Assembly (NCBI GenBank): GCA_003427395.1
Contig: BFEA01000008.1
Location: forward strand, 902,602 to 966,601
DNA length: 64,000 bases
Direction of reading: 5' to 3'
Origin: Chara braunii
Lineage: Eukaryota > Plantae > Charophyceae
Shown piece by piece: positions 1 through 11,574 of this stretch. Position 1 is the first letter of the stretch; every line of letters begins with the position of its first letter. A model generated the notes under the pieces. That model had not been told where the DNA came from and did not search any database. It saw only the letters and a program-made list of their open reading frames with translations. The position numbers and the translations under genes are program-made.

Positions 1-547
1 TTTTTTTTTAATAATAATCCAGATCGATCTGGACATGATCCGGACCGATCTGGATGGGTCCGGAAATCTGGATGTCCGGACCGTATCCGGACCGTTTGGT
101 TGTCTGGGTCCGGATCGGTCCGGTGTCCGGGTACGCGGTAGCCATGATTCCACCACACGGGCCGGGTGACTGTCCTCAACATGATCCTTTTTCCTTGCTC
201 TTTTTATCTCCCATCCTTCCACCCCCCCCCCCCTCCTTATGTGCTCTTCCCTTTCTCATTGAACAGACTGGCCCCAGTCAATTCAGAGTTATTTTATTCT
301 TCCAGCAGGATTCTCAGGTCTGTTTATCAAGACTTACATGGGTGTATTACTCAACCACATGGGCTGGGTGACTTCCCTCAACATGATCCTTCTTCCTTTC
401 TTGTTTTCCCTCCCTTGATTGCTGAGGTATCTTCATAAGTTCATAATATGATTCAAAGAACTGGCCTCGCATTAGTGCATTCATGTTAGGTACTTCGAGT
501 GTGGCTACCTGGCTATTCCTAATATTTTGGAAGTTTCCGTTTTGCAG

Positions 548-697
548 GCTGGGCGATTGAACCATGGAGCAAATGCTGTCCATGAAATGAAATTGATTGG
601 CAAGTCCATTGCAACAGGTCCTGGCACAGCTGCAGCACCAGAATCTAATATAAGAAAGCCGCAGAATTCTGCAGTTGTCGATCTGATTGATGGAAGG
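548..697 (+). CDS. ATM: ATM kinase, internal exon A (FAT region), phase 0-0
   Basis: ttttgcag| acceptor, |gtgcgt donor; 150 nt encoding AGRLNHGANAVHEMKLI...DLIDGR, which joins in frame to VEEAKLL (plant ATM, recalled: ...SHAAASLHEFKFL...LGKLEEAKLL). Confidence 0.85.
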
Positions 698-1347
698 GTG
701 CGTATCCATTCTCCTCTCTTTTCATCGACACAAGGTAACCCATCTCTATTGCCTGTTCTGGTGCTGTAGTCATATTCTCTCTGACCAGCTTGGTGCCCTC
801 AGATGGCCACTGTGCCCCCTAAAATAATTGCAATGACGTCAGTGCCTACTCAATGCCATGGTGCCACTGACTTCTGTACTCTTCCTACTGGTTCACAACC
901 CCTCCTGTTCATAAACCACCTTAGCACCTTTCTGCTCCTACATCACCTTACAGCTTCCCAGTTTGCTTTACCCTCAACATCCGACCACCTATGTGAAATG
1001 GTCAAGAATGACGAACAGCACAATGAAGAAAACGGCACAGGAACAGAATTGGAGAAAGTTGAGATGAGGATAATGCCTCTTTAGGTATGAAGTTTCACTT
1101 ATGCACTGAGATGCAGCTCTTCTTGTTGTGCTTTTGTGCCTCGAGTGAAACGGGTGTCCGACTTGGTGTAGCCACGAAAGTAGGACATACAGCTCTTCTT
1201 GTGCATCTCTCATGTTTTGTGCATGTGTGTGCTTCCCGTGTCGGACGATGCTGTTGACTGCGTCTGCAGTAAACGAATTTTGCTTCTCGCTTTCAGAGTC
1301 ATTTGGCCTCTTTTTTATGCTGGTGCTTTGTCCATCTCTGGGTGCAG

Positions 1348-1499
1348 GTTGAAGAAGCAAAGCTGCTGTGGACTCAGGGGCAACATAACATGGCCGTGAG
1401 TTTGGCAAAGTTTCTCCTACACAGTGCTGAGAAGAGCCCGAAGAATGCAGCCCTCCTTTCCCTTACTGGAAAATGGTTGGCTGAAACACACTCAGCAAG
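1348..1499 (+). CDS. ATM: ATM exon B, phase 0-2
   Basis: gtgcag| ... ag|gtgcat; VEEAKLLWTQGQHNMAVSLAKFLL...LTGKWLAETHSA matches the ATM FAT motif LEEAKLLxAQGxHxxAIxLA...GKWLAETRS. Confidence 0.95.
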
Positions 1500-2319
1500 G
1501 TGCATCCTTCTTTGATGGACTTTTTTTTTTTTTTTTTTGACAAAAAAACGACGGTAGTCCAGGTCCTCCACTACCCCACACGTTGCACCTTCATGCCCAG
1601 CGCAACCACTCACAGCATCAATTACTTCCCTCAGAGATGGATTGGTCAGTCAATTAGTGTTCCCATCAGGAGACCAGGCCGGGCACCGGTGCTGCTTCTG
1701 GCTCTGGGCCAGGTCCTGGGTAGCCCCAGCACAAAATTCGAAAACTAAGACCTTTGCCGAGAGTCACTGTGATATCTATATATTTCTATATACCTTCTAA
1801 AGGCTAACCCGGTCCTCAGCTGATGCCCCCTACCGGCCCATCAAAAATCGGCATGCAAGAGGTCCTGGGGGGGGCACTGTGCCTGGGGAACCGCTGAGCG
1901 ATTGGCAGATTTTTCTGGCTTGGTTCGGTGTATTCACGTGGTGATTCAGTTCCTTTCGCGCCTCTGGTGTTCCCTGCAGAGATTCTGTGGCGTCGGGATT
2001 GTCATTGGAGGCATGTTCGAATACGATTGCATAGCGGTGAGATTGCAGCTCGGGGCGTACATGCATCACTCTGTTAAATGCATGTGACTCGAATCACAGC
2101 CAGACCCATTTGAACGATTGAACACTTCGGATGTGTCGAGACCGTTACCCCAACAGGATTAGTTCTATGCCCTCTTTCCCTTCTTTTCAGTTTTTCAAAC
2201 TTTTTCTATTTTTCTTTCATTTTTGTCGTCTTCTGGGTACTTTGCTGACACATCTCGGCTTTGGCTATGTGTCGTTTCGCAGCCTCACAAAGGTCAACAG
2301 TCCCCTTCGTATGTGCCCC

Positions 2320-2880
2320 GCCATATTTTTTATCTTTTGTGCATGTGGTGAGTAGTGGAGGTAGGTCCAGTACATAGCAGGGCCCAAGTATGGGCCTCCA
2401 TATTTTTTATCTTTTGTGCATGTGGTGAGTAGTGGAAGGAGGTCCAGTACATAACAGGGCCCAAGTATGGGCCTCGCTCCACTAATCAAACGTGCAAAAT
2501 GAGAATGAATCTTCAGGCAGAACATGGAAAGATACACCGCCATAATTTTTTGCCTTTTGTGCATGTGGTGAGTAGTGGAACGAGCACCAGTACNNNNNNN
2601 NNNNNNNNNNNNNNNNNNACGAGCACCAGTACATACCAGGGCATGGGCCTCGCTTCACTACTCACCAAATGTGCAATATGAGAATGAATCTTCAGGCAGA
2701 ACATGGAAAGATATACCACCATATTTTTTGTCTTTTATGCATGTGGTGAGTAGTGGAGTGCCTCACTCCACAACTCACGAAATGTCCAAAATGAGAATGA
2801 ATCTTCAGGCCGGACATGGAAAGATCACCGTATTTCGTCTTTTGTGCATGTGGTGAGTAGTGGAGCTAGGCCCAGTACAT
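2320..2880. repeat. Minisatellite of about 80-180 bp units
   Basis: Core ttttgtgcatgtggtgagtagtgga recurs about five times, with gagaatgaatcttcaggc-gaacatggaaagat sub-blocks; related units occur at 47640-47880. Confidence 0.85.
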
Positions 2881-3809
2881 AAGGCCCTATTTTTCTATTT
2901 ATGTGTGCCATCGCCTTGCGCAGGGGTCATGCTATCGCTCCAATTTTAATGGAGGTCCCGAAGGACCAGGACCCAACAATTTACAACGACTCAGGGATAA
3001 GTACCAGGACCCAACGATTCACAACGACTCAGGCAGGACCCAACAATTTACAAAGACTCAGGGCATACTAACACTACAACTTTTTTTCTTCTAAGCTCTG
3101 GACCCTGCTGCAGTCACGTTCATCCAGCTCTGCCCATGATTGCGGCAAATACATCAAGGAAAGTGCTTGTGTGAGTATCCCCTCACGGGATGTGATTTAT
3201 TTATTTTTTTGGGTGACCGCGTCTGTGTATTTTTTATTTTTTTTGTTGGCGGGACCGTGCATATTAGCACTTTCAGGCCACATAATACCGTGGACCCCGC
3301 ATAGTACCATAACCGTGCCAAGGGCAGGTTGACACTGGGACGGGGTGTGGCCACGGAGGGTCCACGTGTTCCTTATAAAAGGAATCAGGAGCTCCTGTCC
3401 TGTGCTCCTGTGCAGCAGGTCGCCCCTCATTAGCCTGGGCCTCCACGGCGGGTAGCAGATGGAGTACTGCCAGTAAACGAATCACTGCATGAGAGGAGAA
3501 AAGACGCAGACCTTGACAGCGCAGATCATGGCCTCATTCGGGGGGAATCTAGTGTTGATATCAGGTGATTTATTGTATAAAACACACACATAGTGGTGTA
3601 GCTAGCTCTTTGCCCTGGTAGATTGATCGAGCAGGATCAGACTCGTACTTGCCAACAACTTTTCTGTGGTTTTCCAGAATACATTAATCGTTTATGTTTG
3701 CTGGCGTACAGTCTTGTTACAGACCTTTTGTTGTTCCTTGTGGTCTACGGCCTCGTTATGACTAAGAAAGTCAAAACAGGAAAAGGCACTATTCGTCAAT
3801 GTGAGGTTT

Positions 3810-4270
3810 TGTTTAGCCATGTGGTCCTCACGAGGAGGCTCAGGTAGTTTTTGCTATGGGCGTTTTGGAGCATGTGGAAAAGGTGGTCTCCAGGGTGCAT
3901 CAAGCAGTGGCACTGCTGGTGTTGTGGAAGGGTCTTGTCATGTTATGCCTCAGTCGTGGGGTACAACTTTCTTCTTCGTCTTCTTCGACTGCTTCTCTGC
4001 TTCTGCTTCTGCTTCTGCTTCTGCTTCTGTTTAGCCATGTGGTCCTCACGAGGAGGCTCAGGTAGTTTTTGCTACGGGCGTTTTGGAGCATTTGGAAATG
4101 GTGGTCTCCAGGGTGCATCAAGCAGTGGCACTGCTGGTGTCGTGGAAGGGTCTTGTCATGTTATGCCTCAGTCGTGGGGTACAACTTTCTTCTTCGTCTT
4201 CTTCGACTGCTGCTATGCTTCTGCTTCTGCTTCTGCTTCTGCTTCTGCTTCTGCTTCTGCTTCTGCTTCT
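3810..4270. repeat. Tandem duplication, 218-bp unit ending in (GCTTCT)n
   Basis: tgtttagccatgtggtcctcacgaggaggctcagg... starts at 3810 and again at 4028, near-identical. Confidence 0.9.
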
Positions 4271-4388
4271 CTGTCGATGATGATGAGAGAAAAACCAGGA
4301 CCGTACGGGCCTGGCTCTGTTCTATTCTGAGGGGCATCAGTCCGGTTCGTTTTCCCCAGGCACCCCCCTCTGAAAAAAAAGTAAAAAT

Positions 4389-6097
4389 CTAGGCTGGTCG
4401 CCGGGCCGCCCGGGGAGGGGGCCGGGCCGCCTGGCCCGTTGTCCCGCCCGGTTGCCCACCGGGTGGTCCCAGCGCAAAATGCCTGGGGGGGTCTCGAGAG
4501 GCCGAATCGGTCCAGGCCACCCCCCCGAGGCCGGTAGCGCTTGTTTCTTGGGAAAAGAAAGTAGGCCGCGCCAAGGCCTTTTTTTCGGCGATCGAATTTA
4601 GTCGCCGATCTGCAGAGATCGGTGGCTAGGATTGATCATTGCGACGGGGTGCCATTCACAAAATCTAACACTCACGAATGGCAGCCCCCGCCAGCATTCG
4701 AACTTTCGAATGCTGGCGGGGGCTGCCATTCTCACGTGGCAAGGTCGTTATTGCCGCGGCCACTACCCCGCAGCACCCCTATGCGCACCATAGCCTTGCA
4801 AACTCCGCCGCCACATTGCCATGGGCCGCATCTTCTTCTTCTTCTTCTTCTTCTTCTTCTTCTTCTTCTTCTTCTTCTTCTTCCTTCTTTCTTCTTCTTC
4901 TTTCTTCTTTCTTCTCCTTCTTTCTTCTTTCTTCTTCTTCTTCTTCTTCGCCTGTATTAAGGGTCTTTGTTGTTCTTCTTCTTCTTCTTCGTTGCACTTA
5001 GGATCGCCTGTATTAAGGGTCTTTCTTCTTCTTCTTCTTCTTCTTCTTCTTCTTCTTCTTCTTCTTCTTCTTCTTCTTCTTCTTCTTCTTCTTCCTCCTC
5101 CTCTTCTTCTTCTTCTTCTTCCTCCTCTTCTTCTTCTTCTTCTTCTTCTTCTTCTTCTTCTTCTTCTTCTTCCTCTTCGTTGCACTTAGGATCGCCTGTA
5201 TTAAGGGTCTTTGTTTTACATGATCAGTATGATTCTCCTGCTCTTCTTCCTCTTCTCCCTCTTCTTCCTCTTCCTCTTCCTCTTCTTCTTCTTCTTCTTC
5301 CTCTTCTCCTCCTTTCTTCTTCTCCTCCTCCTCCTTTTTGTTGCGTCCCTTTCTCGACTCCTGCCTGCCATCGCAGAGGTGGGCTTTTTTTCCCCCTCTC
5401 ACTCGTGACTCAACCCGCCCAATTTTGTTTTTGTGCCACCCACCCGACCCAAAAATTTTAATTTCCACCTCAAGACGACCCCGCCCGCCCAAAATATTTT
5501 TTAAAATTTCAGCCCCATGACCGACCCGCCCGCCACCCGAAAAGGTCCTCACCCGGACCCAACCGCACCCGTGAGAACATCATTACCCGCCTGCACCCAA
5601 GACCTCTTTTTTTGCCGTCCGCACCCGCTTGTGCCGATGCAGCTCTGCCCACGACGACTCCACTGGAGGCTATGGGTCAGGTGACCCAGGCCAATGCTTC
5701 ACCCACCTGCCACCCACCCGACGGGTGACCCAGAGCAACTATTGACCCGCCCATAACCCAGAAATGCCCACTAGCTGCACATGCCCGTCACCCACCCAAG
5801 GAGGCATAGGTAGACCCAAGCCCAACCCAATCACCTTGTGGGCTGGGTGGGGCAGGTGGGTGCGGCTGTGGGCACCCAGTGCCCACCTCTGCGCCATCCT
5901 CCACGAACCGTCTACTTCTTCTTCTTCTTCTTCCTCTTCTTGTCTTCTTCTTCTTCTTCCTCTTCTCGTCTTCTTCTTCTTCTTGCCCGCCGTTTGATAC
6001 CCCCCTTCCGCCCATCTTCCACCACCCTTCTTAGCGGGCAGACCTCCCCGGGCCCGACCGGCTGGACTCCGCCCGGCCGGGCGTCGGCCCAGACTAG
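4389..6097. mobile_element. Non-autonomous hAT-type element (CTAGGCT family) filled with (CTT)n/(CCT)n tracts
   Basis: Ends CTAGGCTGG / CCAGACTAG; 8-bp TSD gtaaaaat (4381-4388) / gttaaaat (6098-6105); GC-rich ccggg/cccgg subterminal motifs. Confidence 0.8.
5374..5891. mobile_element. Nested MITE, hAT-like
   Basis: Perfect 11-bp TIR CAGAGGTGGGC / GCCCACCTCTG; flanks tgccatcg / cgccatcc (6 of 8 match); acccg/accca subterminal repeats. Confidence 0.75.
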
Positions 6098-6381
6098 GTT
6101 AAAATTCCTTGGCTGGGACACAGTCTGGATGTTTCAGACCGTATTATGCACTCAAACATCTGGTCCCGTTGGGTGATATCAGGATCCAAATGCCCCTCCG
6201 GTAACCATGGTTTGTAGGCAATGTTGACAGTTCGACAGTGCCCACGCCCGCACACTCTTGGTGCTATGCTTTACGTGCTCCCTGTGGTTCAGCTGACATG
6301 TATACCTGCATTTGCTTCAAGATTGGAGACAGACCTCCCTTATTGAATGTTCTGCAATTGCTGTGGTCATTGTGTTAACAG

Positions 6382-6607
6382 TTCAAGGGTGATATTGGAC
6401 CAGTATCTTGCCAAGGCAGTGCAATTGGTGCAAGAACGGGAAGTCTTGGATGTAGGACAGCCTGCCACTGGAGCTGGCCAAAATGGATTATGTCTGTGCC
6501 GAGGCCATTTTCGGCTTGCTCGTTATGCTGATGCTTTGTATCGTCAGACTGAATCCAGACTCAATTCCAGTGAATATTTGGCTGCACTCAATCTCAGAAA
6601 TCACAAG
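6382..6607 (+). CDS. ATM: ATM exon C, phase 2-0, ends at a GC donor
   Basis: ttaacag| acceptor; split codon ag|t = Ser; SRVILDQYLAKAV...HFRLARYADALYRQTESRLNSSEYLAALNLRNHK matches ATM SRTILEKYL...FHLAHYADALF...SSEWQAALRLRKHK; donor aag|gcaagt. Confidence 0.95.
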
Positions 6608-7191
6608 GCAAGTTACCTAGCATGCTTCGCCCTCTTTGGCATTTCTCTTTCGCTTGAAAGAAGAGTTCAAAACTGATCACGCTTGTCTGGAAATTATCTG
6701 GAAATACGGAAGCGGTACTTGGTACTTGGATATGGAAATGTTGGCTTGACTTGGATAATGAAGGGTTGGCTTGACTTGGATATGGAAATATGGACTACTC
6801 GAGTGGCTTGATGATGTTTCAAGTGGCTCATTCTATAGCCAGGAATAAAGGGTGTATAGCTTGGATTGTGCCGATGGGACTGACCCATATTTTACTATTA
6901 AACTAGCATTGATGGTTGATTGGAATTGTTCGAACCTGGTTATGGATAGCAGTGGCAGGCCTTGAGGTGAATTGAGGACTTACTTCCGATTTACCCTTTC
7001 TTTTGTGTTTTTTTTTGCTGTTTTTGTAGACACAGAAGAGCGCAAGTTGTGCAACACCTAAGGAACTGATCTTTTTCAAGTACCGTCGTACAGATTTTTC
7101 TTTCCGTCCAATTGGGCATGAGAAATAGCCTCAAAAAGGTGTCTGGGACATCAGTGTTGAACCCCACCAGGGGAAATGTCAAGGGGTTCAA

Positions 7192-7265
7192 GGCAGAATA
7201 GTTTAGTAGGTTAGAACAGTGGAATCATAATTCGCATGTCGGGGGTTCGAATCCCTCTTCTGCTA
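7192..7265 (+). tRNA. trnM: tRNA-Met(CAU) of mitochondrial/alphaproteobacterial type, probably a NUMT
   Basis: Full cloverleaf: acceptor GGCAGAA/TTCTGCT, D stem GTTT/GAAC, anticodon stem GTGGA/TTCGC with CAT at 7226-7228, T arm GGGGG-TTCGAAT-CCCTC. The GGAATCATAAT...TGTCGGGGGTTCGAATCCCTC pattern is as recalled for alphaproteobacterial elongator tRNA-Met. Confidence 0.85.
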
Positions 7266-7320
7266 GTTGTCTATCTATGCTTTCTTCAAGCTTATAACGG
7301 AACCAATCGTCCTTATCGTT

Positions 7321-7745
7321 GTAACGGCATTACCCTCCTGTTAGTTTTTTTTTTGTTTTTTTTCCCCATCACACAACAAATCTCTGAAGGGGACACAGGT
7401 AACCATTGACCCAGCCGTGCGACCCCTTTTGTTTTTTTGAGTGAATTTTTCCCCCGTGTGCCGCACCATGCTGGTCCACTCGTGCGCCAAACATGTGGAA
7501 TTTTCTGCATGGCGTCTGCCTGCATGTATGAAATAGATGCATCTTGAGGGTCACAAAATGTCCCCTTTTTCTTGGTTTTCTTTTTGCGCCGGGGCTTCCT
7601 GGGATCCTTCTCGGGGGTGCTCTTCCGGGCCAGGTGTGTGTACGGGCACGGCATTCGTTCCTGGGCACACAAAAGGTTAACCCAGACTGTAGGTGGCTAT
7701 GACGAATTGATTCGCGCAACTGTGAAAGAAACGTCTGTCGAGACC
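7321..7745. mobile_element. Unclassified 425-bp insertion
   Basis: Flanked by an exact 11-bp direct repeat tccttatcgtt (7310-7320, 7746-7756); T-rich tract near the left end; no TIR seen. Confidence 0.45.
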
Positions 7746-7920
7746 TCCTTATCGTTTTGATTTGTGACTATCGAGAGATTGGTTGGCTGGCTTCTATCAG
7801 TGATCTGAAGAACACAGGCATCAGAAGGCAAAAGAGAACTTCCTAGAATCAGCCATGGATATCAATGATGTTTGGTTCACACAGTTTTTAACTTTTTCTG
7901 TCTGGGTCGCTGTTTTGCAG

Positions 7921-7968
7921 TCAGCTGAATTAGAGGCGCTCACTGAGCAAATCCGAAAAGCTGTAAAG
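7921..7968 (+). CDS. ATM: ATM exon D (48 nt), phase 0-0
   Basis: tgttttgcag| ... aag|gtcagg; SAELEALTEQIRKAVK fills the expected TKELEVLIKRFKSSKK segment. Confidence 0.88.
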
Positions 7969-8763
7969 GTCAGGAGGCTCTCTTTCTTCCCCTACACGTT
8001 CACTTAATGTGCCGAATGCTCACCAGCTGGAATTATTTGCAAAATATGCCCTCAAGCATGCTCTTCTATGGTTCGCAACGTATACTAGTGTATTGGCGGA
8101 GCAACTGGTAAAATTTTATGTGGAGGTGGAGCCCAAGGCCATGTACTTAGGACCTGATTTCCAGCAGGTGGTGCTGCAGACCGATAAATTGAATGCATTT
8201 TCGGAGGCACCAAAGTGTGCAAAATTTTGGGTGCACAGTCTTTGGCGATTTTTCACATGTTCTTGTCAGCCATTCTGAGAAAAGGGGTGGAGATTGAGTG
8301 CTGTCAAAGGACAAAAGATTGAAAAGAACTTAAAAAAGAATGGCAAAAAAAAATTCTGATGACAAAAGTATGCCTACGTTTTCTTCCTGCCACTACCAAT
8401 GTGCCCAAGACTTGTTGGGTCGGTGCTTCAGACTAGGAAAAATGCACTGGTTTAATAACTGCGCTTTGGGAGCAGCGGTGGAATGCAGCAAAAGACAACG
8501 TCTTATAGACAAGGCACGTTCAGACAAAGCAATGTGCGGTACCAGTGCTTTTTCACGCCAAGAATGCGCCAATCTTCTTATTGCGAATTGATTACTGGAA
8601 AATAAATAATATGAATAAGCACATCAACCTTTGGCTACGAAGAAGGGAAAATGCAAAGTGAGGATTTAACCTGGAACAGTGTGGGCATGCATTTCAACAG
8701 CAAGTCAAAAAGCAATTCACATACTGTGACACTTCACTCTCTTACGCAGAGGCGAGTACATAC

Positions 8764-9933
8764 CAGGGCTTGTCCCCGGATGAACCGGGGACCCCTGCCC
8801 CATATGCGGTCCTCCCGGTTGGACCAGCCGGTGGCCCGGGCCGGTTCCCTCCCGGTTGCCCCCAGCGCATTTTCGCTGGGGCCTGAATTTTTTTGTTTGC
8901 CGGCGCGTATGTGTTCCCGAGGCCTTGTGGGGGTGGGCCCTGCCCCGCGATTTCGAAACCGTTTTTTCAAGTCCAAAAAGTGGCCAATCTTGGCCGCCGA
9001 TCGTCGCAGATCAGCAGCAAAGATCGGCCAGGACCCCATTTCTTAAGAAAAACGGGCAGAGGATATCTGTCGCTGCTCTTTGCAGATCAGCAGCAGAGAA
9101 CCGCCACACATTCTTCTTAAGATGTGGGTCGGGTAAGCCCCTTCTCCAATTTCTCATCTTGTGGTCCAACGGACCAGTTACCGTTGGCAACATCTGATGC
9201 TCTTTCACCCTCAGCCACGAGGGGAACACTATGCTTGTGATGAGGCTCTGCTGAGATTATATCCTTCTGCAACGTCCCTGCCATCTGTGGAAACATCTGT
9301 GGAAAAAGTTATGGGTTCGGATTTTGGAATTGTGATGTCAGAGCCGTCTGAGGTGCAAGCCCACGAATGGACCTAAGCTATATTCTCCTTTCGATCTATC
9401 TCGAATGGACCTTGCTCCACTACGACAGACTGCCGGGAAAGATACTTCCGGACTGATAACTCACCTTACGTAGAAACCAACAAACAGAAAACGCTCTGCC
9501 TCACAAGCTGAAAGCTGGAACCATAACTCTTCTGCTGTCGAGTTATACTCTGGAAGAGCTATAACTTCTGGCAAGGACCTCATCTCATCATATCTGGTTC
9601 AGCTCGTGGGGTATCACTATCAAATGACCCACTCCACGAAGTGCTCCAGCCACGGGGGGGTCGGATAAGTGAACTTGCTTACTTGACCCCTCCCCGTGGA
9701 AGCCATAGTTGCCTGAATATGTCAATAATAACCCCCTGCCCCCCTCTGGAAGCCCCCTGAAAAATATTGCACCTTGAAAATTTTATTGCGGATTCCGACA
9801 GCTCTTGAAGAGTGCAGTCGGAATATTTGGGCACTTTTTTTTCAAAACCGGTTTCCCGATGCACCCCCCCTGGGCTGGTCTGGTTCCGGTTGGACCGGGG
9901 TAGCTCAACCGGCCGGTTGCCAGCCCAGCACTG
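8764..9933. mobile_element. Non-autonomous hAT-type element
   Basis: Ends CAGGGCTTG / CCAGCACTG; TSD gtacatac (8756-8763) / gtacatat (9934-9941); ccggtt/aaccgg subterminal arrays at both ends. Confidence 0.8.
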
Positions 9934-10137
9934 GTACATATACCATTGGTTACCCTCTTCCACAGCGAACTGACTGAACGGTCAAGCCCACTTCATCTGT
10001 CTCCTCTCAGCCCCTCCATGGACAAGAAACCAAGTGAATAATGAGAGTTGCTAAGGATAGGTTCTGCGGCTTCTGCCTTAATCACTCTGATTATTCTGTC
10101 TTCATTGTGCTGAGCTAAATTCTAGTTCGATCTCACA

Positions 10138-10857
10138 CATACTTGCAACTGCACGAGCCGCGCATTCGTGCGGAGTTCCGTGCGGAGTTCCATGCGGGGG
10201 GTGCCTGTGCGGAATCGTGCAGGTTTTTTATTTTTATTATTATTATTTTATCTTTCTTTGGGAGGGGGAACGGGGGGGGCGTATGACAGGAAGATGGGGA
10301 TATGGCGAGGAGGATGACGAGGATAGCGAGGACGACGACGAGGAGTCGTCGAGATGGGGGAGGAGAAGAGATGGACGGAGGGAAAGGAGGAAGGGCAGGA
10401 GGAGGAAGGCAAGTGGGAGGAGGAGGAGACATGGGCGGCGAGGAAGGGGAGGACACGAGGAAGGGAAGGTGACAAGGAGGCATGGAAGATGAGGAAGTAC
10501 GAGGAGGAGGAGGAGACAAGGAGGATGAGGGAGGGCACGAGGAGGAGGACGAACAGGAGGAGGAGGAGGAGGAGGAGGAGAAGGAGGAGGAGGAGACGAA
10601 AAGGAGAAGGGAGGAGGAGACATGGAGGATGAGGAAGGGGAGGAGGAGCAAGGTGAGGCAGTACTCCTGTAATTTTTTTTTTCATCTTGCTTATAATTTT
10701 GGCGGGGGGCCTCAAACGCACCGTTTCGACCCTGGTCTTTTTTTTTCTGAGGGGGGTGACGGTTCGTTCTCCGCACACGCCGTGCGCCGCACGGGATTGG
10801 TTGGGCGCGTGCTCTGCATGTAGGGAACCGCCCGCACGACGTGCGCTTGCAAGTATG
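10138..10857. mobile_element. Non-autonomous hAT-type element (CATACYTGC family) with a (GGA)n core
   Basis: TIR CATACTTGCAA / TTGCAAGTATG; perfect 8-bp TSD atctcaca (10130-10137, 10858-10865). Confidence 0.9.
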
Positions 10858-11105
10858 ATCTCACACCAATCTGAAACCATATTCAGAAGGCTTTTGTGTA
10901 TCCGTCTTTCTTGTCTGACTTTTCCTCAATGGGAAGGACCATCTGTTTCCATTGGCATAGAATTTTCAGTTCCATGATGTCTTAATTCCATGCCTCTGGG
11001 GATTGTTTTTTTTTTTTTCCCTTTTTGATTGTAAGGCTGTGGCTGGACTCCTGTACTTCAGTGCCGCGCAGTAGGTTAAAGTCTCCTCGTGGGGTTCTGC
11101 CTTAA

Positions 11106-11282
11106 ACCACCACTGGCCTCGAGCCTCTTTTCGCCGAGGCAGATTCCCCCTGCACGCCAAGCTTTGCTGAAGTGCCAGCACTGCAACACCAGCCATTGGG
11201 GTCTGGAAACCCTGAGCCTCCGAAGAACCGGGAATGTCACATTTTCAATGCTCAAAATGGCCTGGGATAAGGTAGTGGTGGT
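11106..11282. mobile_element. TTAA-flanked MITE (ACCACCA family)
   Basis: ttaa|ACCACCACT ... AGTGGTGGT|ttaa. Confidence 0.8.
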
Positions 11283-11487
11283 TTAACGGATTCAGAATTA
11301 GAAATCGGTTTTTCAGTCTCTTCCTTAAAAGTCAAATTTGTTAGATCCTTCCATGTTGCTTGCAGATGTTTGCATAAGTCGTTGGTATGTGGAAAGTGAA
11401 GGCATGAAAAAAAAAATCATCATAGCATTGCTTTTCTGGTGGAAGTGTGTGTGCTCACAGCTTCATGTAACCCCTGATGTTTTGCAG

Positions 11488-11574
11488 TTGGACGACAAAA
11501 GAGCGCTTCAGATGAAGGCGGCTGAGTTACAGAAGACGTTGATGTTGGATGATGTTGAGGACCGTCAACTAGTG
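11488..11574 (+). CDS. ATM: ATM exon E, phase 0-0
   Basis: ttttgcag| ... gtg|gtaagg; LDDKRALQMKAAELQKTLMLDDVEDRQLV resembles KIQDLQKQLTMDKEEAEKLQ. Confidence 0.88.

Noticed and set aside
2320-2880. Repeat-spacer pattern resembling a CRISPR array
   Set aside because: The intervening segments are homologous to each other and variable in length, there are no cas genes, and the context is a eukaryotic intron; it is a minisatellite.
4622-5552. Poly-Leu/Ser/Phe/Lys/Arg/Glu ORFs (also 10133-10880 and 52966-56327)
   Set aside because: Translations of (CTT)n, (CCT)n and (GGA)n microsatellites inside non-autonomous elements or hAT subterminal DNA.
6612-6617. Canonical GT donor 4 nt downstream of the GC donor
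   Set aside because: It has a weak consensus (gttacc) and would put exon D out of frame with the ATM homology.
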